A stretch of 64,000 nt of DNA. Source: a virus. A program made the translations under genes and the position numbers. Positions 17,558 through 27,553 of this stretch are shown piece after piece. Under the pieces are notes generated by a model that worked only from the letters and a program-made list of their open reading frames with translations, was not told the DNA's origin and searched no databases. Position 1 is the first letter of the stretch; every line of letters begins with the position of its first letter. The stretch spans positions 1 through 64,000 of IMG/VR virus record IMGVR_UViG_3300032087_003094; one strand, given 5' to 3'.

Positions 17558-19618
17558 ATGCTAACAGCTACAGACGTAAGAGACCTCCACGACAAAGCTT
17601 ATACCCACGGACAAACAACAAGAGAAAAAGCGGCAGACGATTTACTGTTTTTTTGGTTAAGCCAGTGGGATGACACACAGCTAGGAGGCTCATCGCTTCA
17701 GTATCGTGGCCAATTCGATATGCTTCGAAAGGCTGCTCGTCAAATTATATCAGACATTAAAGCAAACCCAGTGCAGGTTGACTTCGAGCCAATTGAAGAC
17801 ACTGACGAGTCAGGCGCAGACATTATTGACGGCATGTATCGTTCAGATATGCGTAACAATTCAGCATTAGAGGCAAGAGAAAACGCTATCACGGAATCAA
17901 TTGTTTGCGGCGTTGGCGCATGGGAGCTCTACACTACCTATAAAACTAGACGAAACGGCGACAATCGACAGATAATCAACCGCAGGCCGCTATTTGAAGC
18001 CAACAATCAAGTATTCTGGGATCCTAACGCAAAGCTTAATGACAAATCGGACGCTAATTACGTGTCGTGCTTGGTTGGGTATTCAGAAGATGGATATAAG
18101 CAGCTTGTTAAAGAGTTAGGTGGCGATGAGGTAGATGATGTTCCTAAGTCGTTCGCATTTCCTGAGCACTCCTACGTTTTCCCATGGCTTACTGGAAACA
18201 CCGATTATTACGTCACTCGATTCTATCATCGAACCAAGAAGAAAGTTAAGATATTCCTATTTGCTGATGCGATTGGTAGCGAGCAAGAGGTTAGAGAAGA
18301 TGATCTCGACGATAAAGAAGACGAATTGATTGATAATGACTTTCAGTTAATCGACGAAATCGAAAAGGAAGTCTACGAGGTTAAGCTTTACATCGTGGGC
18401 GGCGGTGATGAGGTATTAGATTGCTCAGTTATACCTGGTGAGCATATACCAGTCATCCCCAATTACGGAGAAAGGGCTTTTGTTGAAGGTGAGGAGCATT
18501 ACGAAGGTATAGTCAGGCTAGCAAAAGACCCTCAAAGGCTGAGAAACTTCCAGCTGTCCTATCTTGCAGATATTGTATCTAAGAGCCCGAGACAGAAACC
18601 TATATTCTTTCCTGAGCAGATACAAGGTTTCGAGTATATGTATGAAGAAGCTGGGGCTGATAACAACTTCCCTTACCAACTTCAAAACATGAAGGACGCT
18701 AACGGAGACCCGTTACCAATTGGCGCTCAAAGTGTTATGCCTGAACAGCCAATGCCTCAAGCTCTTATCGCAAGTATACAAGCGTCAAGAGAAGCTATTA
18801 ATGATGTAGCCAGTGAAGGTCTACCCCAAAATATTACTGATATGGATTTAAGTGGTGAGGCTTTAGTCCAAATAGAAAAATTATTTGATAAGCAATCTTT
18901 TATTTATCAACACAACCTTAAAGCAGCTCTTAGGCGCGATGGTGAGGTTTATGCCTCAATGGCTTCTGTTGTATATGATACAGAGCAAGAAGTCTCACTA
19001 GTTAAGCCTGACGGTGTAGCATCTAAAGAAGTTATCAATCAGCAGGAGATAGATCCAGAAACGCTACAACTTGTAGTCAAAAATGACGTCAAAAGTTACA
19101 TATTTGACGTCTATGCCGACATTGGACCAAGCTTTCAATCCGTTAAAGAGCAGAGCCGCAAAGAGTTAAAGGAGATGATTAACAGTGAAGCCCCTGACAG
19201 TCCTATGCGTCAAATGATGCTGCTTGAATATATGACTATGATTGATGGTGTAGCGTTTAAATCAATGAGAGAGTACGCGAGGAATCAATTGGTGCTACAG
19301 GGTTATGCTGAACCTGAAACTGATGAAGAGAAGCAGATGCTTGCTCAACAGCAGCAATCACAACAAGAACAACCAGATCCAGCTCTATTGATAGCTCAAG
19401 CTGAAATGGGTAAGGCTCAGGCTGAGCAAATGAATGCTCAATCCAATATGATGGATACTCAAATAGATCAATATAATGCAGAAACTAGCAGGGCTAAAGT
19501 TATGGTTGATGCTAAAAAAGCGGATGCCGAGATAAACTTCAAGAACATCCAATCACAAGGCGCTCGAATAGACAACGTAAGAAAAGTCACCGGCGCAGAC
19601 CTAAGGCAGAGAGCATAG
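17558..19618 (+). CDS. Portal protein, P22 gp1-like
   Basis: Position and size; YRGQFD and GIVRLAKDPQRLRN motifs; helical C-terminal barrel. Confidence 0.9.
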   Translation: MLTATDVRDLHDKAYTHGQTTREKAADDLLFFWLSQWDDTQLGGSSLQYRGQFDMLRKAARQIISDIKANPVQVDFEPIEDTDESGADIIDGMYRSDMRNNSALEARENAITESIVCGVGAWELYTTYKTRRNGDNRQIINRRPLFEANNQVFWDPNAKLNDKSDANYVSCLVGYSEDGYKQLVKELGGDEVDDVPKSFAFPEHSYVFPWLTGNTDYYVTRFYHRTKKKVKIFLFADAIGSEQEVREDDLDDKEDELIDNDFQLIDEIEKEVYEVKLYIVGGGDEVLDCSVIPGEHIPVIPNYGERAFVEGEEHYEGIVRLAKDPQRLRNFQLSYLADIVSKSPRQKPIFFPEQIQGFEYMYEEAGADNNFPYQLQNMKDANGDPLPIGAQSVMPEQPMPQALIASIQASREAINDVASEGLPQNITDMDLSGEALVQIEKLFDKQSFIYQHNLKAALRRDGEVYASMASVVYDTEQEVSLVKPDGVASKEVINQQEIDPETLQLVVKNDVKSYIFDVYADIGPSFQSVKEQSRKELKEMINSEAPDSPMRQMMLLEYMTMIDGVAFKSMREYARNQLVLQGYAEPETDEEKQMLAQQQQSQQEQPDPALLIAQAEMGKAQAEQMNAQSNMMDTQIDQYNAETSRAKVMVDAKKADAEINFKNIQSQGARIDNVRKVTGADLRQRA

Positions 19619-19629
19619 TTTCAATAAAT

Positions 19630-19713
19630 TTGCAGCTGGTACTTAATAGTTTTATACTATAGGTACTGGCGAGTGAGTACGCAAACCCGAATATAGGCGG
19701 TCTTACCTATAGT
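19630..19713 (+). promoter_or_regulatory. Promoter and structured leader of the scaffold gene
   Basis: TTGCAG-17-TATACT; 10-bp stem 19656-19665/19704-19713. Confidence 0.55.
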
Positions 19714-19738
19714 TATCGTTCACTACGAGGATAATCAA

Positions 19739-20788
19739 GTGGAAACATTATCGTTAAGCGAGCTTAAAGCTCAAAACGAGGCTGCTGAACAGCCTAAAGA
19801 TACACCGGAAGATGAGTATGTTGAGGTGGATAACGAAACTTTAGAGCCGATTGAGGTTGAGGAACCCGAAGAGCTAGAAGTTGAAGAAGAAGCTGAGACT
19901 GATGACGAAAAGTCAGAACCAGAAGGTGAATTGGAAGACTGGCAGAAGACCGAAGACGATAATAAAAGCGGTTTCATTCCAAGCGCTGAAGCTAAACATC
20001 TACGTCTAAAAAACAAAGATTTAAAGGCTCAGAAAGAGGAAAGAGACGCCGAGCTAGAAGAGCTTAGACAGAAAGTTGAAGCCTTATCTAATCAACCCAA
20101 GAAAGCTGAGGATGTTTTACCTCCAAGGCCGGTATTAGAGGATTATGATTATGATGAGAAGCTTCATGGTGATGCGCTTGAGGCGTGGTTTGATAAAAAG
20201 ATCGAGTTAAAACTTAACAAAGGTCTCGAGTCAACCCAGCAAGATAGGGCTAAACAGCTTGAAATTGAAGCGGCAAACAAAGCTCGGGAAAATGCAGTTC
20301 ATGAGCATTTAAACAAAGCAAGCAAATTAATTGCTGAGAAGAAGATAACCCAAGACGCTTGGCTAGCTGGAGATTTATTAATCCGGCAGACTTTGGATCA
20401 AGTGTTTCCAGGTTCAGGCAATGAAGTTGCAGATCAATTTGTCTCACTCATGGAAAGCAATGGCGAAGGTAGCGAGAAAGCTTGGTTTTACTTAGGCAGA
20501 AATCCTAAAGCCCTTAATGAGTTCAAAGACAAACTAATGAACGACAAGACAGGCGCTAGCGGAGTTATGTATTTAGCTAAGATTCAAGAGAAAGCCTCAA
20601 AACCTCCACGTAAAAAACGTAGTGACGCACCAAAACCAGCAGCGGAACTCAAGGGTGACGCAGCAACCGGAACAGCCAAGTCATTAAAGAAGCAATATGA
20701 CAAAGCGGTAAAGGATGGCGACACTCAAGGCAGAATTGACGCCAAGAGAGCAGCCAAAAAAGCTGGTGCAGATGTGTCCAAATGGTAA
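19739..20788 (+). CDS. Scaffolding protein
   Basis: Acidic and helical, between portal and coat, basic C-terminal helix. Confidence 0.8.
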   Translation: METLSLSELKAQNEAAEQPKDTPEDEYVEVDNETLEPIEVEEPEELEVEEEAETDDEKSEPEGELEDWQKTEDDNKSGFIPSAEAKHLRLKNKDLKAQKEERDAELEELRQKVEALSNQPKKAEDVLPPRPVLEDYDYDEKLHGDALEAWFDKKIELKLNKGLESTQQDRAKQLEIEAANKARENAVHEHLNKASKLIAEKKITQDAWLAGDLLIRQTLDQVFPGSGNEVADQFVSLMESNGEGSEKAWFYLGRNPKALNEFKDKLMNDKTGASGVMYLAKIQEKASKPPRKKRSDAPKPAAELKGDAATGTAKSLKKQYDKAVKDGDTQGRIDAKRAAKKAGADVSKW

Positions 20789-20801
20789 AAGGTAACTAAA
20801 A

Positions 20802-22067
20802 ATGTCTAGTACAGGTAAGATTGTAGAAGTAATGTTTGAGTCCGCGTTAGAGACTTACGAAACCCAAGACATGATGCTCCCCTTAACGAATTTCTTTGAG
20901 CCGGAAGCGGGCGACATGCAGAACTCGGGCAACTTTATTTGGCGCCCAGTCCAGCAACATGCACCAATTATCGACGGCTGGGATTTAACAGGGTTAGAAA
21001 CTGATATTATCGAGGAGACCTATCCTGCGATTCTAGGAAGCCCTAAAAATGATTTTGTAGAGCAGCGTGCTGATGATTTGCGTGATATGACGTTCTGGAA
21101 GCGCAGAGGCGAGCAGTCTGGTAGGCGTCAAGCGTCTAACCTTAATCAAACTATCGCGACAGCAGTGGCCACACAAGGCTCCTTATTCTATCGTGATGTA
21201 GCATCGACCAGTGGTTATGATTTCATTGCTCAAGGTCAAGCTATCATGAATGAGAGGCAAGGCGCTCAAAGTGAAAGATGTTACGTTCTTAATGATCGCT
21301 CAACACTTCGTTTTGGTCAGGATTTAGCAGCCAGACAAACTCTTCAGGGTCGCCCTGCGGAAACTTGGAACACTGGTCAAATCGGCCAAAATGTAGCCGA
21401 GTTTGATGTCTACACTGGCTCATATTTGCCAAACCTAGTAGGCGGTGCAAATCCAGCAACTACCGTAACAGGAGCACAATCATTCGCTCCAGAAGGTGGA
21501 ACGGTTGACGCAGCTACCGGCGTTTGTACTAATGTTGACTATCGTTCAGCAGAGATTCCGGTCGCAGATTCAAGCGGTTACAATATTGGAGACAAGGTTA
21601 CTATTGGCTCTCTTAATGCTGTTGGTCTTGATGACAAAACCGACACTGGTGAGTTGATGACATTCACTATTGTGGCAAAACCTTCAGGAACCAGTATCAC
21701 TGTATATCCTAAACCCATTGCGGCTGATGATGCGGCATTATCAACTTTAGAAAAGGCTTATGCTAATGTTAATACAACAATTGCAAACCTTGATACAGTA
21801 GATCGTTTAAATACAGACGCTTCAGCAAAAACCAATTTATTTTGGGATAAAGACGCTGTTGAGGTTCTTGGTGGCAGCATTCCAGCCAACTTGTTTAAAG
21901 AGTTTGACGGCATGAAGGTTGTTTCTAGCACTATGAGCAACGGTCAGACTATGTACATGGTCTACGATGGCGACATTGCTAAAATGACATTCAGATACCG
22001 CTTATTCACTTGGTTTGGCGTGACAATTGCCAACCCTAGCCAGTGTGGTGTTTCAGTATCAGGCTAA
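20802..22067 (+). CDS. Major capsid protein, P22 gp5-like
   Basis: 421 aa; DMQNSGNFIWRP and YRLFTWFGV..NP motifs. Confidence 0.9.
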   Translation: MSSTGKIVEVMFESALETYETQDMMLPLTNFFEPEAGDMQNSGNFIWRPVQQHAPIIDGWDLTGLETDIIEETYPAILGSPKNDFVEQRADDLRDMTFWKRRGEQSGRRQASNLNQTIATAVATQGSLFYRDVASTSGYDFIAQGQAIMNERQGAQSERCYVLNDRSTLRFGQDLAARQTLQGRPAETWNTGQIGQNVAEFDVYTGSYLPNLVGGANPATTVTGAQSFAPEGGTVDAATGVCTNVDYRSAEIPVADSSGYNIGDKVTIGSLNAVGLDDKTDTGELMTFTIVAKPSGTSITVYPKPIAADDAALSTLEKAYANVNTTIANLDTVDRLNTDASAKTNLFWDKDAVEVLGGSIPANLFKEFDGMKVVSSTMSNGQTMYMVYDGDIAKMTFRYRLFTWFGVTIANPSQCGVSVSG

Positions 22068-22087
22068 CTTAAGCTTTAGTGTTGTAT

Positions 22088-22116
22088 GGGGTGGCTTTTG
22101 GCTGCCCCTTTTTTTT
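22088..22116 (+). terminator. Intrinsic terminator after the coat gene
   Basis: GC-rich hairpin followed by a long T run. Confidence 0.75.
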
Positions 22117-22147
22117 GCTATAATGAAAGAAAACCGGAGATTAATAT

Positions 22148-22387
22148 ATGTCAGTTGTTATTTGGAAAGATGGTGTTAGTTCTTTATGCGAACCTAAATA
22201 CCTAGCTAATGAGCTAGCCGCTGGTTACACGTTGGAAAATATCAAAAAGGAAGTTAAGAAAGAAGAAAGTGATGAGGATAAAGATATTAGACTACAAGCA
22301 AAAGAGCTAGGCATTAAAAGCCCTCACAACAAAAAAATACCAACGTTGATAAAAGAAATCGAGGCCAAGTTAAATGATAGCGACTAA
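22148..22387 (+). CDS. Small hypothetical protein
   Basis: ORF with RBS after the coat gene. Confidence 0.65.
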   Translation: MSVVIWKDGVSSLCEPKYLANELAAGYTLENIKKEVKKEESDEDKDIRLQAKELGIKSPHNKKIPTLIKEIEAKLNDSD

Positions 22388-23123
22388 AGATGATCTCCTT
22401 ATTGGGGCCTTTGATGAATTGAGGATTAGCGGCTTAACTGTTGACCCCACCCCAAAAGAAAAGCAACAGGCGCTAATCAAGATGGAGGAAATAGCGGCCG
22501 AATATGAAAGCCGCAACATCTGCATCAACTATCTTTTTGAGGATGAGCCAGACCCGAGCACCACCAGCGGGATACCACCTCAATTCAATCAAATGATGAA
22601 AACTAATGTTGCAGTGAGATTGATACCAATGTTTGGTAAAAACTCTCAAGCGTCCCCAGCATTAATGGATTTAAAAAAACAAGCTTCAGGCGCCCTATCC
22701 AACGCTAGCGCTAGGACTGCAGTCGTTAATGAAACGAACTACCCAGACAGGCAGCCAGTAGGCTCTGGGAATAACTTTAGATGGGGTCAGAAATGGCGTA
22801 GATTCTACAAAGAATCTCCTAATGCACCTATATCTTGCTCAACAGAAAAAATGCAACTAAATACGATAGATAGCTTTATTGCATCGTGGGCTAATTTCCT
22901 TGGTGAAGGTGAAACAATATCCAGTTATGAGATAAAATCTAGTAATGGTCTAACTATTTCTGGCGATCAAATACAAAACGACAGCACCGAGGTTTTTTAT
23001 AGGGCGCTTGCTACTTTATGCGGTTACCAAACCGTGACCATATCTATTGTAACAACATCTAGCACCCCTGAATTTGCTGACGTCAGAACAATTAACTTTA
23101 ATGTTATTGATAATTTAAGCTGA
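22374..23123 (+). CDS. P22 gp4-like head-tail connector with an extra C-terminal domain
   Basis: TKDDLLIGAF..YPDRQPVGSGN gp4 pattern plus about 95 extra residues. Confidence 0.75.
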   Translation: MIATKDDLLIGAFDELRISGLTVDPTPKEKQQALIKMEEIAAEYESRNICINYLFEDEPDPSTTSGIPPQFNQMMKTNVAVRLIPMFGKNSQASPALMDLKKQASGALSNASARTAVVNETNYPDRQPVGSGNNFRWGQKWRRFYKESPNAPISCSTEKMQLNTIDSFIASWANFLGEGETISSYEIKSSNGLTISGDQIQNDSTEVFYRALATLCGYQTVTISIVTTSSTPEFADVRTINFNVIDNLS

Positions 23124-23216
23124 TATAATAGCGCTAGGCCGTGTCGGGCGGCCTAGGTAGCGCTACCGTCCACCATCCCGACAACCCGATAAGCTTTGTC
23201 CTCCCGACCTTGGACA
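23121..23216 (+). promoter_or_regulatory. Extended -10 promoter and structured leader
   Basis: TGATATAAT; hairpin loop TGTCGGG complementary to downstream CCCGAC copies. Confidence 0.5.
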
Positions 23217-23246
23217 TGGAAGTTCAATTTTTTAATGAGGCTTATC

Positions 23247-25271
23247 ATGGCGTTTAATCAATTTAAACTCGACCGCTCAAACTCTCAATCTCGCGGAATT
23301 TTCGATTCTTATATCTATTCAACCTCAGACACTATTGCGGAAGTTCAGGCAACTTCTTATTTCATAGAGAGCCGTTTTGCCGGAAGAGTCCCTGAGAAAT
23401 GGGTCGGCAGCTTTATTACTTGCAAGTGTGCTGACGGAGTATACGAAGGTGAGATAGATGAAAATGGCACTGCTCAACCTATTGCTACAGGCGCAGCCGA
23501 TGGAGATGTGGTTGGCCCAGCGTCCAGCACTGATACGTCGCTTGTTTTATTTAGTGGCGCGACCGGAAAAGTCATTGATGAGGCCCCTGTAACTGTCGAC
23601 TTAGATGGGAAGATGACTTTTACAAATCTAAATAATGTTAAGGGTTCTTTTGTCGGGGTTAATGTTTATGAAATATTAAGCGCTTCAGATTTAGACGACT
23701 TAGCTGTAGGTGGTGTTATTACAGTTAATTCGGTTACTGTTTTTCTATGGAATAGTATCGATACAGAAATAGAGTCTGACGTGAGGATTGTCTGTGAAAA
23801 TGGCGGAATATTTCAAGTTCAATCCTCGGCTGGCAGAATGGTCTGGATATACACCGGAACCGATACGTTCATATCGGGTGACGGAGCATTTACAGCAATC
23901 AATATGACCCTAGAGAGCAATTCAGGAAGTGCTAAGTTTATTGATTTAGGTACTAGAGCTCTATTACTAGAAAATGCGGGAGTTAGAGGTTGGAATGATT
24001 TGGGAGAGTTTTTCGGCGGAGTTGTGAATCTAGATTCCACTAGATTTATAGCAAACTCAACCACTCTATCACTAAGAAATTGCAGCAGTATAACTATTGA
24101 TAAAGTGTCGCCTATTGCCTTAGCTCCAGGGCTTAACATGATCACAATAACTAATCAGTTTGCAAAAACGCAAGCTGTAAGAATTTTATTTGCGACTGGG
24201 GCTATATCAAGCACTAGTAACATAGTTAGGATCGACCCTGCAGTACTTGATGGCTCTAGATTCTTAGTGACCGGTTGTACAGTTTCAGGTGGCGGCGTAT
24301 TTGATACATCGGGCTCCAGTGGTACATTTACCGCTGTTGCAGATGCGACTATTGCGACAACCACTGTAACTAGCGTCACCGATTCGGGAGGGCTAGCAAG
24401 ATTCAATTATACTGGCTCCAGTGTGCACGCTGGCCAAATAGTTGAGCTCACAGGCTTTGCTACGAGCTCCTACAATACGAGCGGGAGAGTCATAACCACT
24501 GCTGGCGCTGGTTTTTTTGAGTTTGAAAATGTCAGTTATAGTGTTAATGATAGCGGATCTTTCACTTCCAATTCTGTTACGTTAACCGACATTGGAACCG
24601 CTCTAGTTGATGGCGATACCATTACTGTCAATACCGATTCCTCAACTGATTACGATGGCGGTTCATATGTTTACAATCAACAGCTTGACAGCTTTCAAAT
24701 AAACAGAGAGTTTACAGTTACAGCTAGCGGAACTTGGAGTGCGGCAGGATTGGATGGTTCAGATTCAAGAGTTATTGCTATATCTAATGTTGGCTTTGAA
24801 GATAGCTCGTATATTGGCAGCGGCTTTGTTAATGATAACTCAGTACAAACGACTGGCATTGTTAATGGTGTATATCAGGACATAGTTTTTGGCACGGCTG
24901 GTAGCTCATTAATACAGGCGACCAATACCGAAAGATTTAAATTAATTGATGATGTCAGTGGTACTTGGGAATGCACCTCAAATGAAGAGGTTAACGGGGA
25001 GATAACAAGCCCAATAACAGCAGTCAGCTCCGGAGGGGCTAGAGAGTTTTTATTTAAGTGGGTAATTGACCGAAGAGATGGGAATGGTTTTGTTGATATG
25101 ACTAACGCAGCTATAGCAATGAATGAGATTGGATCGTCTGCTGGTAATACTTCATTCGCCGCTCCTATATCAATGCAAAAAACATGGAGAATGAAACCTC
25201 AAGTAACTAGACAGGATGGAAGTAGCGATTTAACAATAAGATATGCTCAAATCTACATAAGAGGAAAATAG
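23247..25271 (+). CDS. Virion fibre/appendage-like protein
   Basis: Beta-rich, Gly/Thr-rich; likely start at MAFNQ after GAGG. Confidence 0.6.
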   Translation: MAFNQFKLDRSNSQSRGIFDSYIYSTSDTIAEVQATSYFIESRFAGRVPEKWVGSFITCKCADGVYEGEIDENGTAQPIATGAADGDVVGPASSTDTSLVLFSGATGKVIDEAPVTVDLDGKMTFTNLNNVKGSFVGVNVYEILSASDLDDLAVGGVITVNSVTVFLWNSIDTEIESDVRIVCENGGIFQVQSSAGRMVWIYTGTDTFISGDGAFTAINMTLESNSGSAKFIDLGTRALLLENAGVRGWNDLGEFFGGVVNLDSTRFIANSTTLSLRNCSSITIDKVSPIALAPGLNMITITNQFAKTQAVRILFATGAISSTSNIVRIDPAVLDGSRFLVTGCTVSGGGVFDTSGSSGTFTAVADATIATTTVTSVTDSGGLARFNYTGSSVHAGQIVELTGFATSSYNTSGRVITTAGAGFFEFENVSYSVNDSGSFTSNSVTLTDIGTALVDGDTITVNTDSSTDYDGGSYVYNQQLDSFQINREFTVTASGTWSAAGLDGSDSRVIAISNVGFEDSSYIGSGFVNDNSVQTTGIVNGVYQDIVFGTAGSSLIQATNTERFKLIDDVSGTWECTSNEEVNGEITSPITAVSSGGAREFLFKWVIDRRDGNGFVDMTNAAIAMNEIGSSAGNTSFAAPISMQKTWRMKPQVTRQDGSSDLTIRYAQIYIRGK

Positions 25272-25348
25272 CGCCACCCAAACAAGCTAACGCGGGACTG
25301 TTTATTATTGTGTGGTACAATGGCTTATAATTTTAAATAGGTAGCGCT

Positions 25349-26752
25349 ATGGAATTAAAACTCCCAATTTCTATAGGTGATAAGCACGGCTCAGAAACCG
25401 ATTATCGCGATCAATTATTAGTTAACTACACTTTAATTTCTAGAGAAATAAAAGGCGATCAAGGATATATATTATCTCATCCAGGGCTAACTCTTCTTGG
25501 TAACGCTGTAGGGGTAGATCGGGGTGGGTGGTTCAATCCGCGCCAAAACTCTCACCTTAGGGTTTCAGAAACTACATTAATATCCCTTAATACAAACGGC
25601 TCTTATGATGCTGTCGGCGTTATTCCAGGCTCTCAACATGTCATCATGGATAACTCCTTCGAGACTCAAGGTATCTTATCAGATGGTAGATTTTGGCTGT
25701 ACGATGGCGCAACATTAGCTGAGGTAATAGACGAAGATTTAGGCTCGCCTATAGACTTTAAATGGATAAATGGCGTCTACTTTTTCACTGATGGCGAAAA
25801 CCTATATCATACTACAGCAACATCTGAATTTAACATAGACCCGTTAACCTTTGCCACTTCTGAATTTTCACCCGATAGAACATACGGGCTGATAAAAAAT
25901 GAGCAAAACCAAATGGTTGTTCTTAACAGGTACACTATTGAATGGTTTAGAGATACTGGCGCCGCTGTAAACTTTAGATTTGAGAGAATTCAAGGTAAGG
26001 CCGTTAAGGTCGGAATTGTCGGCACTAATTGCAAGGTCGAGATGAATGGTCAGATATTTATTCTTGGTGGCAGGAAAAACGAAGACCCGAGCGTTCATAT
26101 TGTATCAGGCGGAAAGAACTCCAGAATAGCCACTAGAGAAATAGACAAGCTGATTAATGCTTACACCGAGGCTGAACTCCAATCTGTTGTCATGGAGACG
26201 AGGACTCAATATGGTGATCAATTTATTATCATAAGACTACCTGATACAACGCTTTTGTATAACTTCACCATCGCCTCTAAATATGGCAACAAATATGGCT
26301 GGACAATAGCCAAAACAGGTGTTGTTGACAGTTCTCCATGGAGGGGAAGAAACGGTGTGTTTGATCCGAGGCTGTCAAAGTGGATTTATGGTGACTCGCT
26401 TGATGGCTCTATTGGTTATCTTGATGAAATGACCGCCGCTCAATATGGCGAGCAAATGGAAGGATTGTTTTATAGTCCGATCGTTAAATTGGAAACGTTT
26501 AGCATTAATGAGATGGAGATGGAAACCATACCAGGCTTTCATTCTGGCCCTATCACTGTATTCATGTCTCAATCTCTTAATGGTGTTAATTACGCGCAAG
26601 AATATAAATTTTTAGAAAGCGAAGAATTCAATTACGATTTGAGGTTTATTGGCAGGAATATCGGTTATGTGAGGGATAATTTCAACTTCAAATTTAGAGT
26701 TGTTTCCACCGGTAGAACCGCATTTGGAGGGTTGGAAATAGAATATGATTAA
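25349..26752 (+). CDS. P22 gp10-like DNA stabilization/tail hub protein
   Basis: ETDYRDQLLVN, FATSEFSPD and IATREIDK motifs. Confidence 0.9.
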   Translation: MELKLPISIGDKHGSETDYRDQLLVNYTLISREIKGDQGYILSHPGLTLLGNAVGVDRGGWFNPRQNSHLRVSETTLISLNTNGSYDAVGVIPGSQHVIMDNSFETQGILSDGRFWLYDGATLAEVIDEDLGSPIDFKWINGVYFFTDGENLYHTTATSEFNIDPLTFATSEFSPDRTYGLIKNEQNQMVVLNRYTIEWFRDTGAAVNFRFERIQGKAVKVGIVGTNCKVEMNGQIFILGGRKNEDPSVHIVSGGKNSRIATREIDKLINAYTEAELQSVVMETRTQYGDQFIIIRLPDTTLLYNFTIASKYGNKYGWTIAKTGVVDSSPWRGRNGVFDPRLSKWIYGDSLDGSIGYLDEMTAAQYGEQMEGLFYSPIVKLETFSINEMEMETIPGFHSGPITVFMSQSLNGVNYAQEYKFLESEEFNYDLRFIGRNIGYVRDNFNFKFRVVSTGRTAFGGLEIEYD

Positions 26753-27023
26753 GTCAAATCAAACCATTGAGGATTGGAGCGACTGCTCTACAGAGCATAC
26801 TGGATGGTCAGACAACTCTGTAGAGGACTATATGGCTGTAAAGGGTGACTTGCAAAGAGTTGAAGGGTTAATCAATGATGGTGCGCTGTCTCCACAGTTC
26901 GGCACTGGAAGCCCGGAGGGCGTAGTTATAGCTAATTATTCCTTAAAGTACATCGATACAAGCGTTCCAACAGAATACTACAACCCAACATTTGGTTCCG
27001 ATACTGGATGGGTAGCATTGTGA
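26745..27023 (+). CDS. Small tail protein in the gp26 position
   Basis: Synteny; GTGSPEGVV motif. Confidence 0.5.
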   Translation: MIKSNQTIEDWSDCSTEHTGWSDNSVEDYMAVKGDLQRVEGLINDGALSPQFGTGSPEGVVIANYSLKYIDTSVPTEYYNPTFGSDTGWVAL

Positions 27024-27553
27024 GTTACTTTATTTCTGGATTGCCAAGAAGTAGGACGGCATGGTTATCAGTGTTTATGTCTCAATCAGGACAGTATTGC
27101 CATCATGACGGCTTTAATCATTGCCAATCGATGGAGGAGTATCGAAATAAAATAAAAGGCTGCGGCGACAGCTCTACTGGATTAACTTTAATTAACTTAA
27201 ATAAAGATTTTCCAGACTCCAAAGTGGTAATCATAGAAAAAAACGAACAAGAGTTTGAAAGATGTGTTGAATGGTGCGATGCAATGTACGGAAAAGGCTC
27301 GCGTGGCAACTTGATTGAGATGAGGGAAAAGCAAAAGACAATAGAAGGGCTTAGGGTGAATCAATACGATTTGGACAATAAGTTAAGAGACATCTGGGAG
27401 TATTTGGTCGATACGCCGTGGAGTAATAGATATTTAAAATTAACACAATTTAACATTCAGTCAGATCCCTTTAACATCAATTTACAAGCAGCAAAATCAC
27501 TATATGAAAGCATTCAACAAGATAAGCTCAACAGTAGACGCGTCCAAAGCTAG
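27008..27553 (+). CDS. Sulfotransferase-like P-loop protein
   Basis: FISGLPRSRTAWLS resembles the 5'-PSB motif. Confidence 0.55.
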   Translation: MGSIVSYFISGLPRSRTAWLSVFMSQSGQYCHHDGFNHCQSMEEYRNKIKGCGDSSTGLTLINLNKDFPDSKVVIIEKNEQEFERCVEWCDAMYGKGSRGNLIEMREKQKTIEGLRVNQYDLDNKLRDIWEYLVDTPWSNRYLKLTQFNIQSDPFNINLQAAKSLYESIQQDKLNSRRVQS

